Part shown: piece by piece, positions 12,106-22,090 of the stretch | Layout of the letters: each line of letters begins with the position of its first letter | Numbering within the stretch: position 1 is the stretch's first letter | Source: an uncultured Bacilli bacterium | Lineage (GTDB): Bacteria > Bacillota_I > Bacilli_A > RF39 > UBA660 | Reading direction: 5' to 3' | Assembly: GCA_944329355.1 (NCBI GenBank) | Contig: CALVID010000003.1 | Coordinates: 3,130-67,129 of the forward strand | Length of the DNA: 64,000 bases | The notes under the pieces: model-generated | Database searches by the model: none | What the model was told of the DNA's origin: nothing | What the model saw: the letters and a program-made list of their open reading frames with translations, nothing else | Translations under genes and position numbers: made by a program

Positions 12106-12474
12106 TTATTTAACTTCAACAGTTGCGCCAGCTTCTTCAAATTTAGCTTTTAATTCATCAGCTTCTGAAGATGGAATATTTTCTTTAATAGCTCCGCCGT
12201 TATCAGCAATAGCTTTTGCTTCTTTTAGACCTAAACCAGTAGCTTCTTTGATTAGTTTAATAACTGGTAATTTATTAGGACCAGCAGATGTTAATGTAAT
12301 AGTAACAGTAGATGGTCCAGCAGCTTCTTCACTAGCTGCAGGTGCGGCAGCAACAGCTACAGCAGATGGATCTACACCAAATTCCTCCTTCATTGCTTCT
12401 ACTAATTCCATAACTTCAAGCATACTCATTTCTTTTAAACCAGCGATAAATTCATCTTTATTAATTTTTGCCAT
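12106..12474 (-). CDS. rplL: 50S ribosomal protein L7/L12
   Basis: 122 aa with an Ala-rich hinge (AVAAAPAASEEAAGP) and the C-terminal KLIKEATGLGLKEAK...VK. Confidence 0.97.
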   Translation of the reverse strand: MAKINKDEFIAGLKEMSMLEVMELVEAMKEEFGVDPSAVAVAAAPAASEEAAGPSTVTITLTSAGPNKLPVIKLIKEATGLGLKEAKAIADNGGAIKENIPSSEADELKAKFEEAGATVEVK

Positions 12475-12490
12475 TTATAATCATTCCTTT

Positions 12491-12991
12491 CTAATTTTCT
12501 TTCTTTTCTAAATCTTGTCTATATAAGTCTAGACAAATTGATAGATTTTTAAGTGGATAAATAAGTCCACTTGCAAGCATAGTAAGTAAGCCTTCTCTTG
12601 ATGGTAATTTTGATAGTTCTGATAATTTGATTTCATCAGTTTTTTCACCATCTATTAATCCCACTTTAACAACTAATGCTGGATGTTTTTTTGCAAAGTC
12701 ATATAAAACTTTTACAGGAGCTACAGCGTCATTACCAAAGGCAATAGCTTTAGGTCCTTTTAAATCATCATTTAAATCTATTTTTAAAGTATCAAAAGCT
12801 CTTTTAACTAATGTGTTTTTATAGATTTTAAACTCTGATTCGCTTTCTTTTAACTTTCTTCTTAGCTCATTTGTTTCTGCAGCAGTTAATCCTTGATATT
12901 CAAATAACACTGTTGCTGAAGCATTTTTTGTTTTTTCAGCGATTTCATCAATGATTTCTTGTTTTTTGTCTAAGATTTTTTGATTAGCCAA
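12491..12991 (-). CDS. rplJ: 50S ribosomal protein L10
   Basis: The ORF track starts at GTG 13000, but GGAAGG abuts that codon. TTG at 12991 has 8-nt spacing and gives MANQKILDKKQ... Position upstream of rplL fits L10. Confidence 0.9.
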   Translation of the reverse strand: MANQKILDKKQEIIDEIAEKTKNASATVLFEYQGLTAAETNELRRKLKESESEFKIYKNTLVKRAFDTLKIDLNDDLKGPKAIAFGNDAVAPVKVLYDFAKKHPALVVKVGLIDGEKTDEIKLSELSKLPSREGLLTMLASGLIYPLKNLSICLDLYRQDLEKKEN

Positions 12992-13161
12992 GTTACGCAC
13001 CTTCCTTTCCTTTTGCCGTTTAAAAAGCTCTAGCTATTATGCCAGAGCGAAAAGACTTTATATTATTTGTCCTCGGTAGGAAATTAAGCTTTTAGCACCT
13101 ACTGTCTACGGCATAATTAAACTAACGTTTTTATTATATCATAGCTTGAATTAATTGTCAA
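12992..13161 (-). promoter_or_regulatory. rplJL promoter plus L10-leader-type attenuator
   Basis: Minus strand has TTGACA (13156-13161), a 17-nt spacer and TATAAT (13133-13138), overlapping the rplA stop. A structured leader follows (GUAGG...CCUAC helix), then an intrinsic terminator GCUCU-12 nt-AGAGC-UUUUU (13022-13048) just before the rplJ RBS. L10(L12)4-mediated attenuation of this kind is known in Bacillus. Confidence 0.55.
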
Positions 13162-13846
13162 AGCTAGATGGGTCTACTTTAATACCAGGTCCCATAGTTG
13201 CTGATAAAGAAATGTTTTTAACATAAGTTCCTTTAACAACACTTGGTTTAGATTTGATAATTAAAGTAACAAAGGTTTTTAAGTTATCGATTAAATCTTC
13301 ATCACTAAATGAAACTTTACCGATTAAAGCATGTACGTTTCCAAATGAATCAGTGCGGTACTCTACTCTACCTTTTTTAACTTCTTCTACTGCTTTTTTA
13401 GTATCCATAGTTACAGTTCCAGTTTTAGGGTTTGGCATTAAACCTTTTGGTCCTAAGATACGGCCAATTTTACCTAAGGCTGGCATCATGTCTGGAGTAG
13501 CAATTAAGCTATCAAAATCAAACCAATTTTCTTTCCCAATTTTTTCAATCATGTCAGTATCTCCAACATAATCAGCTCCAGCTTCTTTGGCTAATTTTGC
13601 TGCTTCACCTTTAGCGATAACTAAAACTTTTTTAGTTTTACCAGTTCCGTGTGGTAAAACAATAGCGCCTCTTAATTGTTGATCAGCTTTTTTAGTATCT
13701 AGGTTTAAATGCATAGCTACTTCTACTGATGCATCAAAAGAAGTATAAGAAGTTTCTTTAACTAATTTGACAGCTTCTTCTTTAGTATAAAGTTTATGCT
13801 TATCAAGTTTCTTAGCTTCTTCTAAATATTTTTTACCTTTTTTCAT
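13151..13846 (-). CDS. rplA: 50S ribosomal protein L1
   Basis: The ORF track begins 16 codons upstream. ATG at 13846 ([13 protein letters not shown]) is preceded by AAGGAGGTAA and matches usual L1 N-termini. Confidence 0.95.
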   Translation of the reverse strand: MKKGKKYLEEAKKLDKHKLYTKEEAVKLVKETSYTSFDASVEVAMHLNLDTKKADQQLRGAIVLPHGTGKTKKVLVIAKGEAAKLAKEAGADYVGDTDMIEKIGKENWFDFDSLIATPDMMPALGKIGRILGPKGLMPNPKTGTVTMDTKKAVEEVKKGRVEYRTDSFGNVHALIGKVSFSDEDLIDNLKTFVTLIIKSKPSVVKGTYVKNISLSATMGPGIKVDPSSFDN

Positions 13847-13899
13847 TTTTTTACCTCCTTGTGGTTTTTGCGGATTATTCCTCCCACATAGCATGGGTT

Positions 13900-14334
13900 T
13901 TAGTCTTCTATTTTAACGCCCATATTTAAAGCTGTTCCTTCGATTATCTTCATTGCATCTTCGATTGTATAACAGTTTAAATCTGGTAATTTGGTTTCAG
14001 CAATTTCTCTTAATTTATCTTTAGATAAAGTTGCGACAGTTTCATTTTTACCATTAACTGAACCTTTTTTAATACCGCAAGCTTTTTTAATTAAGAATGC
14101 AGCTGGTGGAGTTTTAACTACAAAGCTGAAACTTCTGTCTTCATTAACAGTGATTTCAACTGGTAATATATCTCCCATTTTATCTCTTGTTGCTTCATTA
14201 AATTGATTACAAAAATCTCCCAAATTTATTCCTGCAGGTCCTAACGCAGTACCAACTGGTGGTGCTGGTGTTGCTTTTCCAGCTGGGATTTGGATTTTGA
14301 TTTTCTTAATTTTATTATTTGCATCTTTTGCCAC
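13900..14334 (-). CDS. rplK: 50S ribosomal protein L11
   Basis: Contains [24 protein letters not shown]. The likely start is the second GTG (14334, giving MAKDANNK), 8 nt after AGGAGG. Confidence 0.95.
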   Translation of the reverse strand: MAKDANNKIKKIKIQIPAGKATPAPPVGTALGPAGINLGDFCNQFNEATRDKMGDILPVEITVNEDRSFSFVVKTPPAAFLIKKACGIKKGSVNGKNETVATLSKDKLREIAETKLPDLNCYTIEDAMKIIEGTALNMGVKIED

Positions 14335-14469
14335 GAAAAACACCTCCTATAATTTTTTTTCGTGGGTGGTTCCAATGATTATCCGCTTTTTCTCATTTGG
14401 TAATCTCCCACATCTATATCAAAAATAATATAGCGTATTAATAGTATCACAAAATATTTGTTTTGTAAA
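14335..14469 (-). promoter_or_regulatory. Possible rplK-rplA leader (L1 autoregulatory site), unverified
   Basis: 135-nt untranslated region upstream of rplK containing a GUGGGAG...CCACCCAC helix. L1-binding leaders occur at this position in Firmicutes, but I cannot confirm the fold by eye. Confidence 0.25.
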
Positions 14470-14994
14470 CTAGGCTTTTGAAATTTGTGATAGCTCTAAT
14501 TCAACAGTTGTTTCTTGCCCAAATAAATCGATAGAAACTTCTAATTTAGCTTCTTTTAAATCTACTGATTTAATAGTTCCAAACATTCCTTCAAACGGTC
14601 CAGATATTACTTTAACTTTTTCGCCTTCTTTTAGATCATTTTCAGCATCTAATCTACTCATTCCCATTGAACCTAATATTTTATCAACTTCAGCTGGGGT
14701 TAACGGGAAAGGTTTTGCTCCTTTACCTGACGATCCAATAAAGCCTGTAACTCCTGGTGTATTTCTTACAATAAACCATGCTTCATCAGTCATTACCATT
14801 TCTACTAAGATATATCCTGGGAAAAGTTTAACTTGTTTTTCTTTACCATTTGCGTCTACTACGGTTTCTTCCGGAACAACTACCCTTAAAATATAATCTT
14901 CCATTCCCATAGAACTAGCACGCATTTCTAATTTTTCTTTTACTTTGTTTTCATGCCCAGAATATGTGTTTACGACATACCACTGTTTTTCCAT
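14470..14994 (-). CDS. nusG: Transcription termination/antitermination factor NusG
   Basis: 174 aa starting MEKQWYVVNTYSGHENKVKEKLE, with a KOW region GEKVKVISGPFEGMFGTI. It lies between secE and rplK. Confidence 0.95.
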   Translation of the reverse strand: MEKQWYVVNTYSGHENKVKEKLEMRASSMGMEDYILRVVVPEETVVDANGKEKQVKLFPGYILVEMVMTDEAWFIVRNTPGVTGFIGSSGKGAKPFPLTPAEVDKILGSMGMSRLDAENDLKEGEKVKVISGPFEGMFGTIKSVDLKEAKLEVSIDLFGQETTVELELSQISKA

Positions 14995-14997
14995 TAA

Positions 14998-15192
14998 TTA
15001 CCCCTCCAATAATGTTCTTATAAAAGCAATTATTATATCTGATAGCATAAAGAACAAAGCAAATATGATGATACAAGTTAATACAGCGACTGAATATTTG
15101 AGCATTTCTTTTCTTTTAGGCCATCTGACTTTTTTAAATTCTGAACGAACACCTGATATTTTCTTTTCTTTTTTGTCGGCTTTTTTTGCCAT
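14998..15192 (-). CDS. secE: Preprotein translocase subunit SecE
   Basis: A small protein with a basic N-terminus and a single C-terminal TM helix (VAVLTCIIIFALFFMLSDIIIAFI). ATG 15192 follows AGGTG with 6-nt spacing. It sits upstream of nusG. Confidence 0.85.
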   Translation of the reverse strand: MAKKADKKEKKISGVRSEFKKVRWPKRKEMLKYSVAVLTCIIIFALFFMLSDIIIAFIRTLLEG

Positions 15193-15320
15193 AAAATTCA
15201 CCTACTTTAATTTTATGATTTTTCCAAATAAAAAACACTTTTGTGTGTTCATTAATAAATTATCACATTAAGTGCTTTTTGTCAACGTTTATTAAATAAT
15301 TTGTTTAATAAATGAAGGGG

Positions 15321-17567
15321 TTACCAAGAACCGCCTCCACCACCTCCAGAACCACCGCCTGAAGAGCCACCGCCAGATGAACCACTTGAAGATCTTGGTG
15401 AGGAAGACATAGCAGTGGTTGCAGAAGACATTGCGGTATTCATAAAAGTTCCAAATGTAACCATGGAGAATGTACTGGTACCAACATACCAATTAGGAGA
15501 TTGAATAGTTATAGTTTCAAATTTCTTAATCCATTTATCTGAGATACCTAATACATAAGTATAAGGCAAAATGTCATAAAAGTAATTTGGGTTTTGTATA
15601 ACCATAGCTTCTAGTTTGTCTTTTTCGGCCGTTTCTAGATAATTCTTAAAGCCTTTAATCTTACCCAAAATTTCTAATCCATAAGGGGTTCTTTTAGAAA
15701 TATGTTTTAAAAATATGACCATAATTATTAAGCATATAAAGCCAATTAAGTATCCGAATAAATAGATATTATCTTGAGTAAGTGATGGTAAAACCATGAA
15801 ACACCATGGAAAACCTCCAAATAATGCTCCCCAGATAATAGCAAAATATTTTGGAATAGAGGATGAAGTTCCAATAAAGGCATAAAGTATTACAGCTATA
15901 GCTATTCCTGGAAATAATAAAGCAAATATAAGTTCACTTGTATTACCATAATTTAAAACAGGAACTGCTGTTATTAAAATATAAGATATAATCATCATTA
16001 TAATAATATTTTTCTTTTTGCTTGAGGCTTTTTGTTCAAATATTTTTTGTTTGTTTTCTTTACTATTGATGTTTTCTAATATTTGGTTTACGGTTATATA
16101 AAAGCTATTATAAAGTGATGAAATAGTTACTTCTTTAGATGATGATTTAAATAAGCCTTCTAAGAAAAGTCTTTCGTTTATATTGTTACCATCATAATCT
16201 TTTAGTTTAGTTATTTTAAAATTTTTACTTGTTGCAAATAATGTTTTTTCGTTAGTTTCAGTTATTTGAATATAGCCCTTATTGGCTAAATAAATTAAAA
16301 GTGAAGTTACATCAGTATTATCGGCTGCTCCTTTATATAAGAAACCGACTTCTAAACTATCAAAACCTTCTGGAGGGTAAAACTCAACAGTTTCTATGAC
16401 TTTATTATCGCGACCATAAATAAACCATAAAATAGCGGATATTATTAAACTTGCGATAGGAACTATATAGATTAAATAATCTTGAATAGTAACATTATTA
16501 GTCGCTTTGTCAAAGTATCCTTCTGGAAGTTCAGCTCTAATAGTTAGAGCCTCGCCAGGATTTAAAATACCAATATAATCACCAGTAATTGTGTTTTTAT
16601 TAACACTATAAATGACATTACTATTATCAATAGAGCCTTTAGTACCTGATGAAAAACCTAGTTTGCTAGAATCAAATTCTTTGGGCATGGTTATAGAAAA
16701 TGAAACATTACCAATGACCGTATCCCATTCATTACCAATAATATTATAATATAGCTCATCATAATCTTTGATTGGGTCTTTACCAATATTATAATTGTAT
16801 TTAATGGTATAGGTATGCTTACCAGTTACAGTTTTATCGGGATCTCCTATTTGTATGTTATAAATACCACTAGATTTAGAAAATTCATACATGTTATTAA
16901 CATTTAAATTAGATATCTTAGCACGATTAGTGGATTTAGTTCCATCTAGTCTATTGACTTGATTTTTTAATGGGATTTTTCGATATATTCCGTGTTTTGG
17001 TACATTAAAGTAAGCTGTAATAGTTTCAGTTATGTCAAAGGTATTATCTTCGTTAACTATCATATTAATATCATACTGATCAATTACATAATCATAAGAA
17101 TCATATTTATTGTTTGTACTGGGAGTATAAGAGTTAGACGAATCAGCTATTTTGGTATTAATGAGCAAACGATAATATTTTATATCTTGAACATTATATT
17201 TTCCTAAAAGGTTTAAATTAGACATAAAATTTAATTTACTTTGATTTTGAGTAACTATACCACTATGAAAAGCCGTAGTAATTAAATTATTATTTAAATC
17301 ATAATAATAGATTATCGCATCATAATTAATAATATTTGATGAGGAATTAGTTACATCAGCTGTTAAACCAAAAGATAAAGTTGAAGATGTTGAATTATCA
17401 TGAAATGTGATGTTTGAAATATTTAAGCTGTCAGCAGATATGCTAGACGTATTACCTACATTAATGATTTCAGTTTGATTTGCCAACGCTTTAGTGGTTG
17501 GAATGATAAAAATTAAAGATAAAAAAGCAACAAAAAATAAAGATAAACCCTTCTTCATTCTTTTCAT
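15321..17567 (-). CDS. DUF2207-type membrane protein with Gly/Ser-rich C-terminal tail
   Basis: 748 aa: signal peptide, large ectodomain, several TM helices, and a tail SSGSSGGGSSGGGSGGGGGGSW. It is paired with an upstream LemA gene, the usual arrangement for this family. Confidence 0.6.
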   Translation of the reverse strand: MKRMKKGLSLFFVAFLSLIFIIPTTKALANQTEIINVGNTSSISADSLNISNITFHDNSTSSTLSFGLTADVTNSSSNIINYDAIIYYYDLNNNLITTAFHSGIVTQNQSKLNFMSNLNLLGKYNVQDIKYYRLLINTKIADSSNSYTPSTNNKYDSYDYVIDQYDINMIVNEDNTFDITETITAYFNVPKHGIYRKIPLKNQVNRLDGTKSTNRAKISNLNVNNMYEFSKSSGIYNIQIGDPDKTVTGKHTYTIKYNYNIGKDPIKDYDELYYNIIGNEWDTVIGNVSFSITMPKEFDSSKLGFSSGTKGSIDNSNVIYSVNKNTITGDYIGILNPGEALTIRAELPEGYFDKATNNVTIQDYLIYIVPIASLIISAILWFIYGRDNKVIETVEFYPPEGFDSLEVGFLYKGAADNTDVTSLLIYLANKGYIQITETNEKTLFATSKNFKITKLKDYDGNNINERLFLEGLFKSSSKEVTISSLYNSFYITVNQILENINSKENKQKIFEQKASSKKKNIIIMMIISYILITAVPVLNYGNTSELIFALLFPGIAIAVILYAFIGTSSSIPKYFAIIWGALFGGFPWCFMVLPSLTQDNIYLFGYLIGFICLIIMVIFLKHISKRTPYGLEILGKIKGFKNYLETAEKDKLEAMVIQNPNYFYDILPYTYVLGISDKWIKKFETITIQSPNWYVGTSTFSMVTFGTFMNTAMSSATTAMSSSPRSSSGSSGGGSSGGGSGGGGGGSW

Positions 17568-17576
17568 ATTTATCCT

Positions 17577-18125
17577 CTAAAATTGAACTTTAATATTTTC
17601 TCTTTCTCGTTCATCTGTTTCAAACATTTCTTTTGTTTTATATCCAAATAGTTTAGCAAAAATATTGCTTGGAAACATTTCAACTTTGTTATTAAACATT
17701 TCAATAACACCATTATAATATTTCCTAGCATTGGCGATATCTTCTTCAACTTTAGATAATTCTCTACTTAAATCTTGAAAGTTTGCACTGGCTTTTAAAT
17801 CTGGATAGCTTTCAGTTAAAAGCATTATTTGTCCAATATCTTTAGAAATTCTTTGATTTGCTTGAACCTTTTCATCATCAGTCATACTGTCATAACTGTT
17901 GTTTCTAAGTTCAACAATTTCTTTTAAAGTATTTTCTTCATGTTTAGCATATCCTTTTACGGTTTCAACAATGTTAGGTATTAAATCCCATCTTTTTTTT
18001 AGATAAACATCCATAGTAGAAAAAGCTTCCTTTGTCATATTTTTTAATTTAATAAAATTATTGTATGTAATAAGAGTATAAAGGACAATTATTACAATTA
18101 AAATAATTACAATATAAATCCACAC
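17577..18125 (-). CDS. lemA: LemA family protein
   Basis: 182 aa with an N-terminal TM helix and LemA-like segments (YNNFIKLKN..., ARKYYNGVIEMFNNKVEMFPSNIFAKLFGY). Confidence 0.8.
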   Translation of the reverse strand: MWIYIVIILIVIIVLYTLITYNNFIKLKNMTKEAFSTMDVYLKKRWDLIPNIVETVKGYAKHEENTLKEIVELRNNSYDSMTDDEKVQANQRISKDIGQIMLLTESYPDLKASANFQDLSRELSKVEEDIANARKYYNGVIEMFNNKVEMFPSNIFAKLFGYKTKEMFETDERERENIKVQF

Positions 18126-18195
18126 ATTTCTCTCCTCCTTATTTTTGAATACATGGTATAGAATGTTATTCCATTTATATTATAGCAAATTTTGA

Positions 18196-18235
18196 GTTTA
18201 AAAAACACGTTATTAATTGTTAATAGCGTGTTTTT
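18196..18235 (-). terminator. Bidirectional intrinsic terminator
   Basis: AAAAACACG(N)TATTAA-TTG-TTAATA(N)CGTGTTTTT palindrome flanked by A/T runs, directly after the stop at 18239. Confidence 0.6.
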
Positions 18236-18238
18236 CAA

Positions 18239-18448
18239 TTATTTTACATGTAATTGTACAGTTCCTTTTTCTAAAACATATTTATGACCTTTTTGTTTTT
18301 CAATAAAGCATTCAAAAATTGGATCCCATATTAAATCTAAATTTCTATCTTGAAGAGCAATTTTTTGTTTTTCTGATGTAGTAGAGTCTATTATATATCT
18401 TTGAGGATTATTTCTCTTGTTTTTATTAGTTATATTATTTTTTTTCAT
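18239..18448 (-). CDS. Hypothetical protein (69 aa)
   Basis: ORF with a GGAGGG RBS and its own terminator. No motif recognised. Confidence 0.45.
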   Translation of the reverse strand: MKKNNITNKNKRNNPQRYIIDSTTSEKQKIALQDRNLDLIWDPIFECFIEKQKGHKYVLEKGTVQLHVK

Positions 18449-18504
18449 TCAAATTCCCTCCTTGTTGATATGTATTGTATACGGTTATGGGATTTTGTCA
18501 AATT

Positions 18505-19035
18505 TTAATTTATTAGAATATCAGTTATCAATTCTAAAGTGTCTGATCCCCAATCTTTTATTTTATATCCCGTATCTTTAAACCAATTGTTTTTAGTGCT
18601 TCTATTATTTATTTTCAATATTGTTCCTTCTTTGTTTTGGATAAATTCGATATCATTTGTATATCTTTGATATTTTTTTTCTAAGACTTTTAAGTCATTC
18701 TTGCTGCCATATATATATAAATCTCCTTTATTAATATATATGCTAGAAGGGATAAAAGATCTTTGAAATTGTTTTATAATATCATAATTACAAATAACAG
18801 CATCTAAAGATTTCTTTTTGAAATGTTTTTTTATTTTTTTAATGTTTATTTTTTTATTGCGGCCTCTTTTAGTTATACTAAATTTTTTACCAGTTAAACT
18901 GATGTTATTTAAAAGATAACATATATTAATATCATCATTATTCTCGATTGCTTCTAATAAAATATCGTTATTAACCCCTATACCGAGTAATGATCCTTTT
19001 AAATTGTTTATGATTTCTAATATTTGATCATTCAT
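18505..19035 (-). CDS. Hypothetical protein (176 aa), translationally coupled to tcdA
   Basis: Its ATG overlaps the tcdA stop (ATGAATGA). No confident motif. Confidence 0.5.
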   Translation of the reverse strand: MNDQILEIINNLKGSLLGIGVNNDILLEAIENNDDINICYLLNNISLTGKKFSITKRGRNKKINIKKIKKHFKKKSLDAVICNYDIIKQFQRSFIPSSIYINKGDLYIYGSKNDLKVLEKKYQRYTNDIEFIQNKEGTILKINNRSTKNNWFKDTGYKIKDWGSDTLELITDILIN

Positions 19036-19708
19036 GTTCTTCCTCCAAAAATTTATTTATTACATAACTAGTAGCTATTAAACCAGCGGTCGCTGGAACA
19101 AAAGCATTTGATCCTACTTTTTTATTTATTAAAGGTTTTTCTTTTGAAAAGATTACGGGAATTTTTTGGACAATTTTTTCTTCTTTGACCATTTTTCTTA
19201 AAATTTTAGCTATAGGATCGTAGGATGTATTTCTAATATCAGTGATTTCTAATTGTTCGGGATGCATTTTATTGCCAGTACCCATAATAGATATTAGTGG
19301 TATGTTTTCTTTTAGACATTTTTTAATAATTGATTTTTTCGCATTGATTGTATCAACAGCATCAATCACAAAATCTATTTTATTTGAAAATACTTCATCT
19401 ATATTACTTTCATCTAAAAATAATTTATAGGTTTTAATATTTATATTTGGATTTATATTGAGTGCGAGAGCTTTGGCGACATCTACTTTATACTTACCTA
19501 CTGTATTTTGGTATGCTAATACTTGTCTATTTAAATTTGTAATTTCAATAATATCGTTATCTATAATAGCAATATTTTCAATGCCACTTCTAACTAGAGA
19601 TTCAAATGCATGTCCTCCTACTCCACCTAAACCAATTACCATAACTGTTTTATTTTTTAATTTATCCATATCAATTAATATTTTTAATCTATCAAACAAT
19701 TTAATCAC
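19028..19708 (-). CDS. tcdA: tRNA threonylcarbamoyladenosine dehydratase (ThiF/MoeB-fold E1-like)
   Basis: Contains VMVIGLGGVGGHAFESLVRSGIENIAIIDNDIIEITNLNRQ and IDAVDTINAKK, a TcdA/CsdL-type Rossmann fold without the MoeB C-terminal Cys motifs. Confidence 0.75.
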   Translation of the reverse strand: MIKLFDRLKILIDMDKLKNKTVMVIGLGGVGGHAFESLVRSGIENIAIIDNDIIEITNLNRQVLAYQNTVGKYKVDVAKALALNINPNINIKTYKLFLDESNIDEVFSNKIDFVIDAVDTINAKKSIIKKCLKENIPLISIMGTGNKMHPEQLEITDIRNTSYDPIAKILRKMVKEEKIVQKIPVIFSKEKPLINKKVGSNAFVPATAGLIATSYVINKFLEEEHE

Positions 19709-19835
19709 CTTGATAAAATTATACTATATTTTTTTAAAAGGGTAAAATGCTAAAAAATGTGTCATGGGCTTATCTCGTGATAAACTCATTATATTTATAT
19801 AATAATTTTGTTCAAATGATATTAGATATTTACAA

Positions 19836-20525
19836 TTATAAATGCATGATTTTTTGTTTTGACCTATTATAACTTTGTAATAGCCCGTTTTTAAATTGTT
19901 TATTTAAAAAAAAGTATAACTTGGTATCATTGAAGTTTTTATTATATTCACAATTATATTCAGGGTCTTCGGCATTTATTGGTGATTCGAATAAGATGCC
20001 TACAGATATAAGCATGCTATTTTCTCTATCAACATAAAATTTAATGGGTTTTACAGGATAATTACAACCACACATTTCAATTATTTCTTGATTTTTATAA
20101 ATATATGCTGGACAGTTATACCATTGAAATATCTTGGATTTATCAATCATAGATACAGCAGGAATTGGATAATTACAGTACTTTGCTGTAAAGGAATAAG
20201 GATTATCAATGTTTAACCTTTGACTTAAATCAGGATATGTTCCATATTCGACAATTTGAATGCCATCTTTAAATTTACTTGGACAATTAATTATTAGTTC
20301 ATCTATATTATCCAGTTTTAAAACTGGACGGACTCCAAAACTGTAATGTATTTGTTCATAGTGTATATATCCAAAAGCATCAACTACACCAGCAAAATCT
20401 TTAGCGATTGTATAATTTGTCCAATAGGCTTTTTTACATCCTGCACCAATCTTTCGCAGAACTTTAGATTTTCCTTCTATCTCTTTTTTTGATAAAAGTG
20501 TTACTTCTATATTATTTAACGGCAT
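19836..20525 (-). CDS. Hypothetical Cys-rich protein (229 aa)
   Basis: ORF with an AAGGAGG RBS. It contains FGVRPVLKL, which resembles the terminal YYIAPVLYLK motif of the pilin-like protein at 34067-35335. Confidence 0.45.
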   Translation of the reverse strand: MPLNNIEVTLLSKKEIEGKSKVLRKIGAGCKKAYWTNYTIAKDFAGVVDAFGYIHYEQIHYSFGVRPVLKLDNIDELIINCPSKFKDGIQIVEYGTYPDLSQRLNIDNPYSFTAKYCNYPIPAVSMIDKSKIFQWYNCPAYIYKNQEIIEMCGCNYPVKPIKFYVDRENSMLISVGILFESPINAEDPEYNCEYNKNFNDTKLYFFLNKQFKNGLLQSYNRSKQKIMHL

Positions 20526-20759
20526 AATAGTCCTCCTTATTTTTTAACTATTAGTTCAGAATTTGATTTGTAAAAGATAAAAAGTATAAGTTTATTTGAC
20601 AAAATAAAATTCATTCCATCACTTTCAAAAGAATGTCCACTTTTAAAAGAAGTCAAAGATTTAAGTATACAAAAATGGAAATTCAAGCATGTTATACAAA
20701 ATATGAACATGATTATAATGCAGCGAAAGAGCTTACCATTAGGTAAGCCCAGTTAAAAT

Positions 20760-22079
20760 TTATTTTGATATTTCGTTCTCTTTTTTCTCATGATACTTAT
20801 TTATATAATCTTGTTCAAATGCAATTAAATCATTGGGACTCATAAATAGTAATACTGAATTTTCATGATGTAATAATTTATCTGTTTCAGATGTTGTAAT
20901 GTGCTCGGCATTTGGAATTTTTTTAATAATATCATTTATATCAATTTCATGATTATCTGTTTCTCTAGCAGCATAAATATCCATAATATAAGCTTTATCG
21001 ACATTTTTTAAAATTTCTACATACTCATCTTGAAAGGCTTTTGTTCTAGAATAAGTATGTGGTCCCCAAATTACTACAAGTTTTTTATCTGGGTATTTTT
21101 GTTTAGCTGATTTTATAGTACATTTTAATTCTGTTGGATGATGAGCGTAATCATCTATCACGACATTACTTCCGACTATAGTTTCGTTAAATCTTCTTCT
21201 AGCTGCATGAAACTCTTTTAAAACTTTAGATACTTCTTTAGCTTCGAGCCTTTCATAGTAACAAAGACTAATAACAGCTAAAGCATTTAAAAGCATATGT
21301 TTACCATATAATGGTAAATCAAAATGTCCATAATAATTCTCTTCTACAAAAACATCAAAGTTTACACCATTTTCAGTATAGTCGACATTTTTAGCAATAA
21401 TATCATTGTCTTCATCTAGGCCATAATAGAAAATTGGTTTATTTACTTCTAAACTATGAGTATATGGATCATCTCCACAAGCAATAACCATTTTTTCTGC
21501 ATTATTGGCATATTCTGTATAAGCATCTATTACATCATCAATATCTTTGAAATAATCTACGTGATCTAATTCAATATTTGTGATTATGGCATAATATGGC
21601 GTGTATGCAAGGAAGTGTCTTTGATATTCACAGGCTTCTAGTACAAAATATTTGTTTTCTTTATTTGCTATTCCTGTGCCATCACCAATTAAACAATTAG
21701 CTCCTTTTAAAGCATTTAATACTTGGTAAGCCATTGTAGAGGTTGTTGTTTTACCATGACAACCAGCAACGGTTATTGTCATAAACATTTTGGTCAATTT
21801 GGCAATCATCTCTTGGTAAGTATAAACTTTTAAATCTAACTCTTTGACTTTTTGCATTTCTGGGTGATCATCTTTAATAACGTTTCCTTTTATAATAACC
21901 ATATCTTTAGTGATGTTATTTTCATTATAAGGTAATATTTCAATGTTTCTTTCTTTTAACCCTTTTTCGGTAAAGAAATGTCTTTCTACATCACTGCCTT
22001 TTATTTCATAACCTAAGTCTTTTAAAAAACAAGCAAGTGCACTCATACCAGTCCCTTTAATTCCGATAAAATAATACAT
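20760..22079 (-). CDS. murC: UDP-N-acetylmuramate--L-alanine ligase
   Basis: Starts MYYFIGIKGTGMSALACFLKDLGYEIKGSD and contains AGCHGKTTTSTM (Mur ligase P-loop). It lies 11 nt downstream of the last tad gene. Confidence 0.93.
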   Translation of the reverse strand: MYYFIGIKGTGMSALACFLKDLGYEIKGSDVERHFFTEKGLKERNIEILPYNENNITKDMVIIKGNVIKDDHPEMQKVKELDLKVYTYQEMIAKLTKMFMTITVAGCHGKTTTSTMAYQVLNALKGANCLIGDGTGIANKENKYFVLEACEYQRHFLAYTPYYAIITNIELDHVDYFKDIDDVIDAYTEYANNAEKMVIACGDDPYTHSLEVNKPIFYYGLDEDNDIIAKNVDYTENGVNFDVFVEENYYGHFDLPLYGKHMLLNALAVISLCYYERLEAKEVSKVLKEFHAARRRFNETIVGSNVVIDDYAHHPTELKCTIKSAKQKYPDKKLVVIWGPHTYSRTKAFQDEYVEILKNVDKAYIMDIYAARETDNHEIDINDIIKKIPNAEHITTSETDKLLHHENSVLLFMSPNDLIAFEQDYINKYHEKKENEISK

Positions 22080-22090
22080 GCTGTTTCCTC

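Noticed and set aside
13847-13894. 16-codon N-terminal extension of rplA in the ORF track ([16 protein letters not shown])
   Set aside because: A strong AAGGAGGTAA RBS precedes the internal ATG at 13846. The extension would overlap the rplK-rplA spacer.
15292-15492. 66-aa Trp/Arg-rich ORF
   Set aside because: It is an out-of-frame overlap of the GC-rich region encoding the Gly/Ser tail of the DUF2207 protein, so it is a compositional artefact.
20600-20745. 37-aa plus-strand ORF (MSTFKRSQRFKYTKMEIQACYTKYEHDYNAAKELTIR) in the 234-bp gap downstream of murC
   Set aside because: It has no RBS and no recognisable family. It could be a gene remnant, but I cannot support it.
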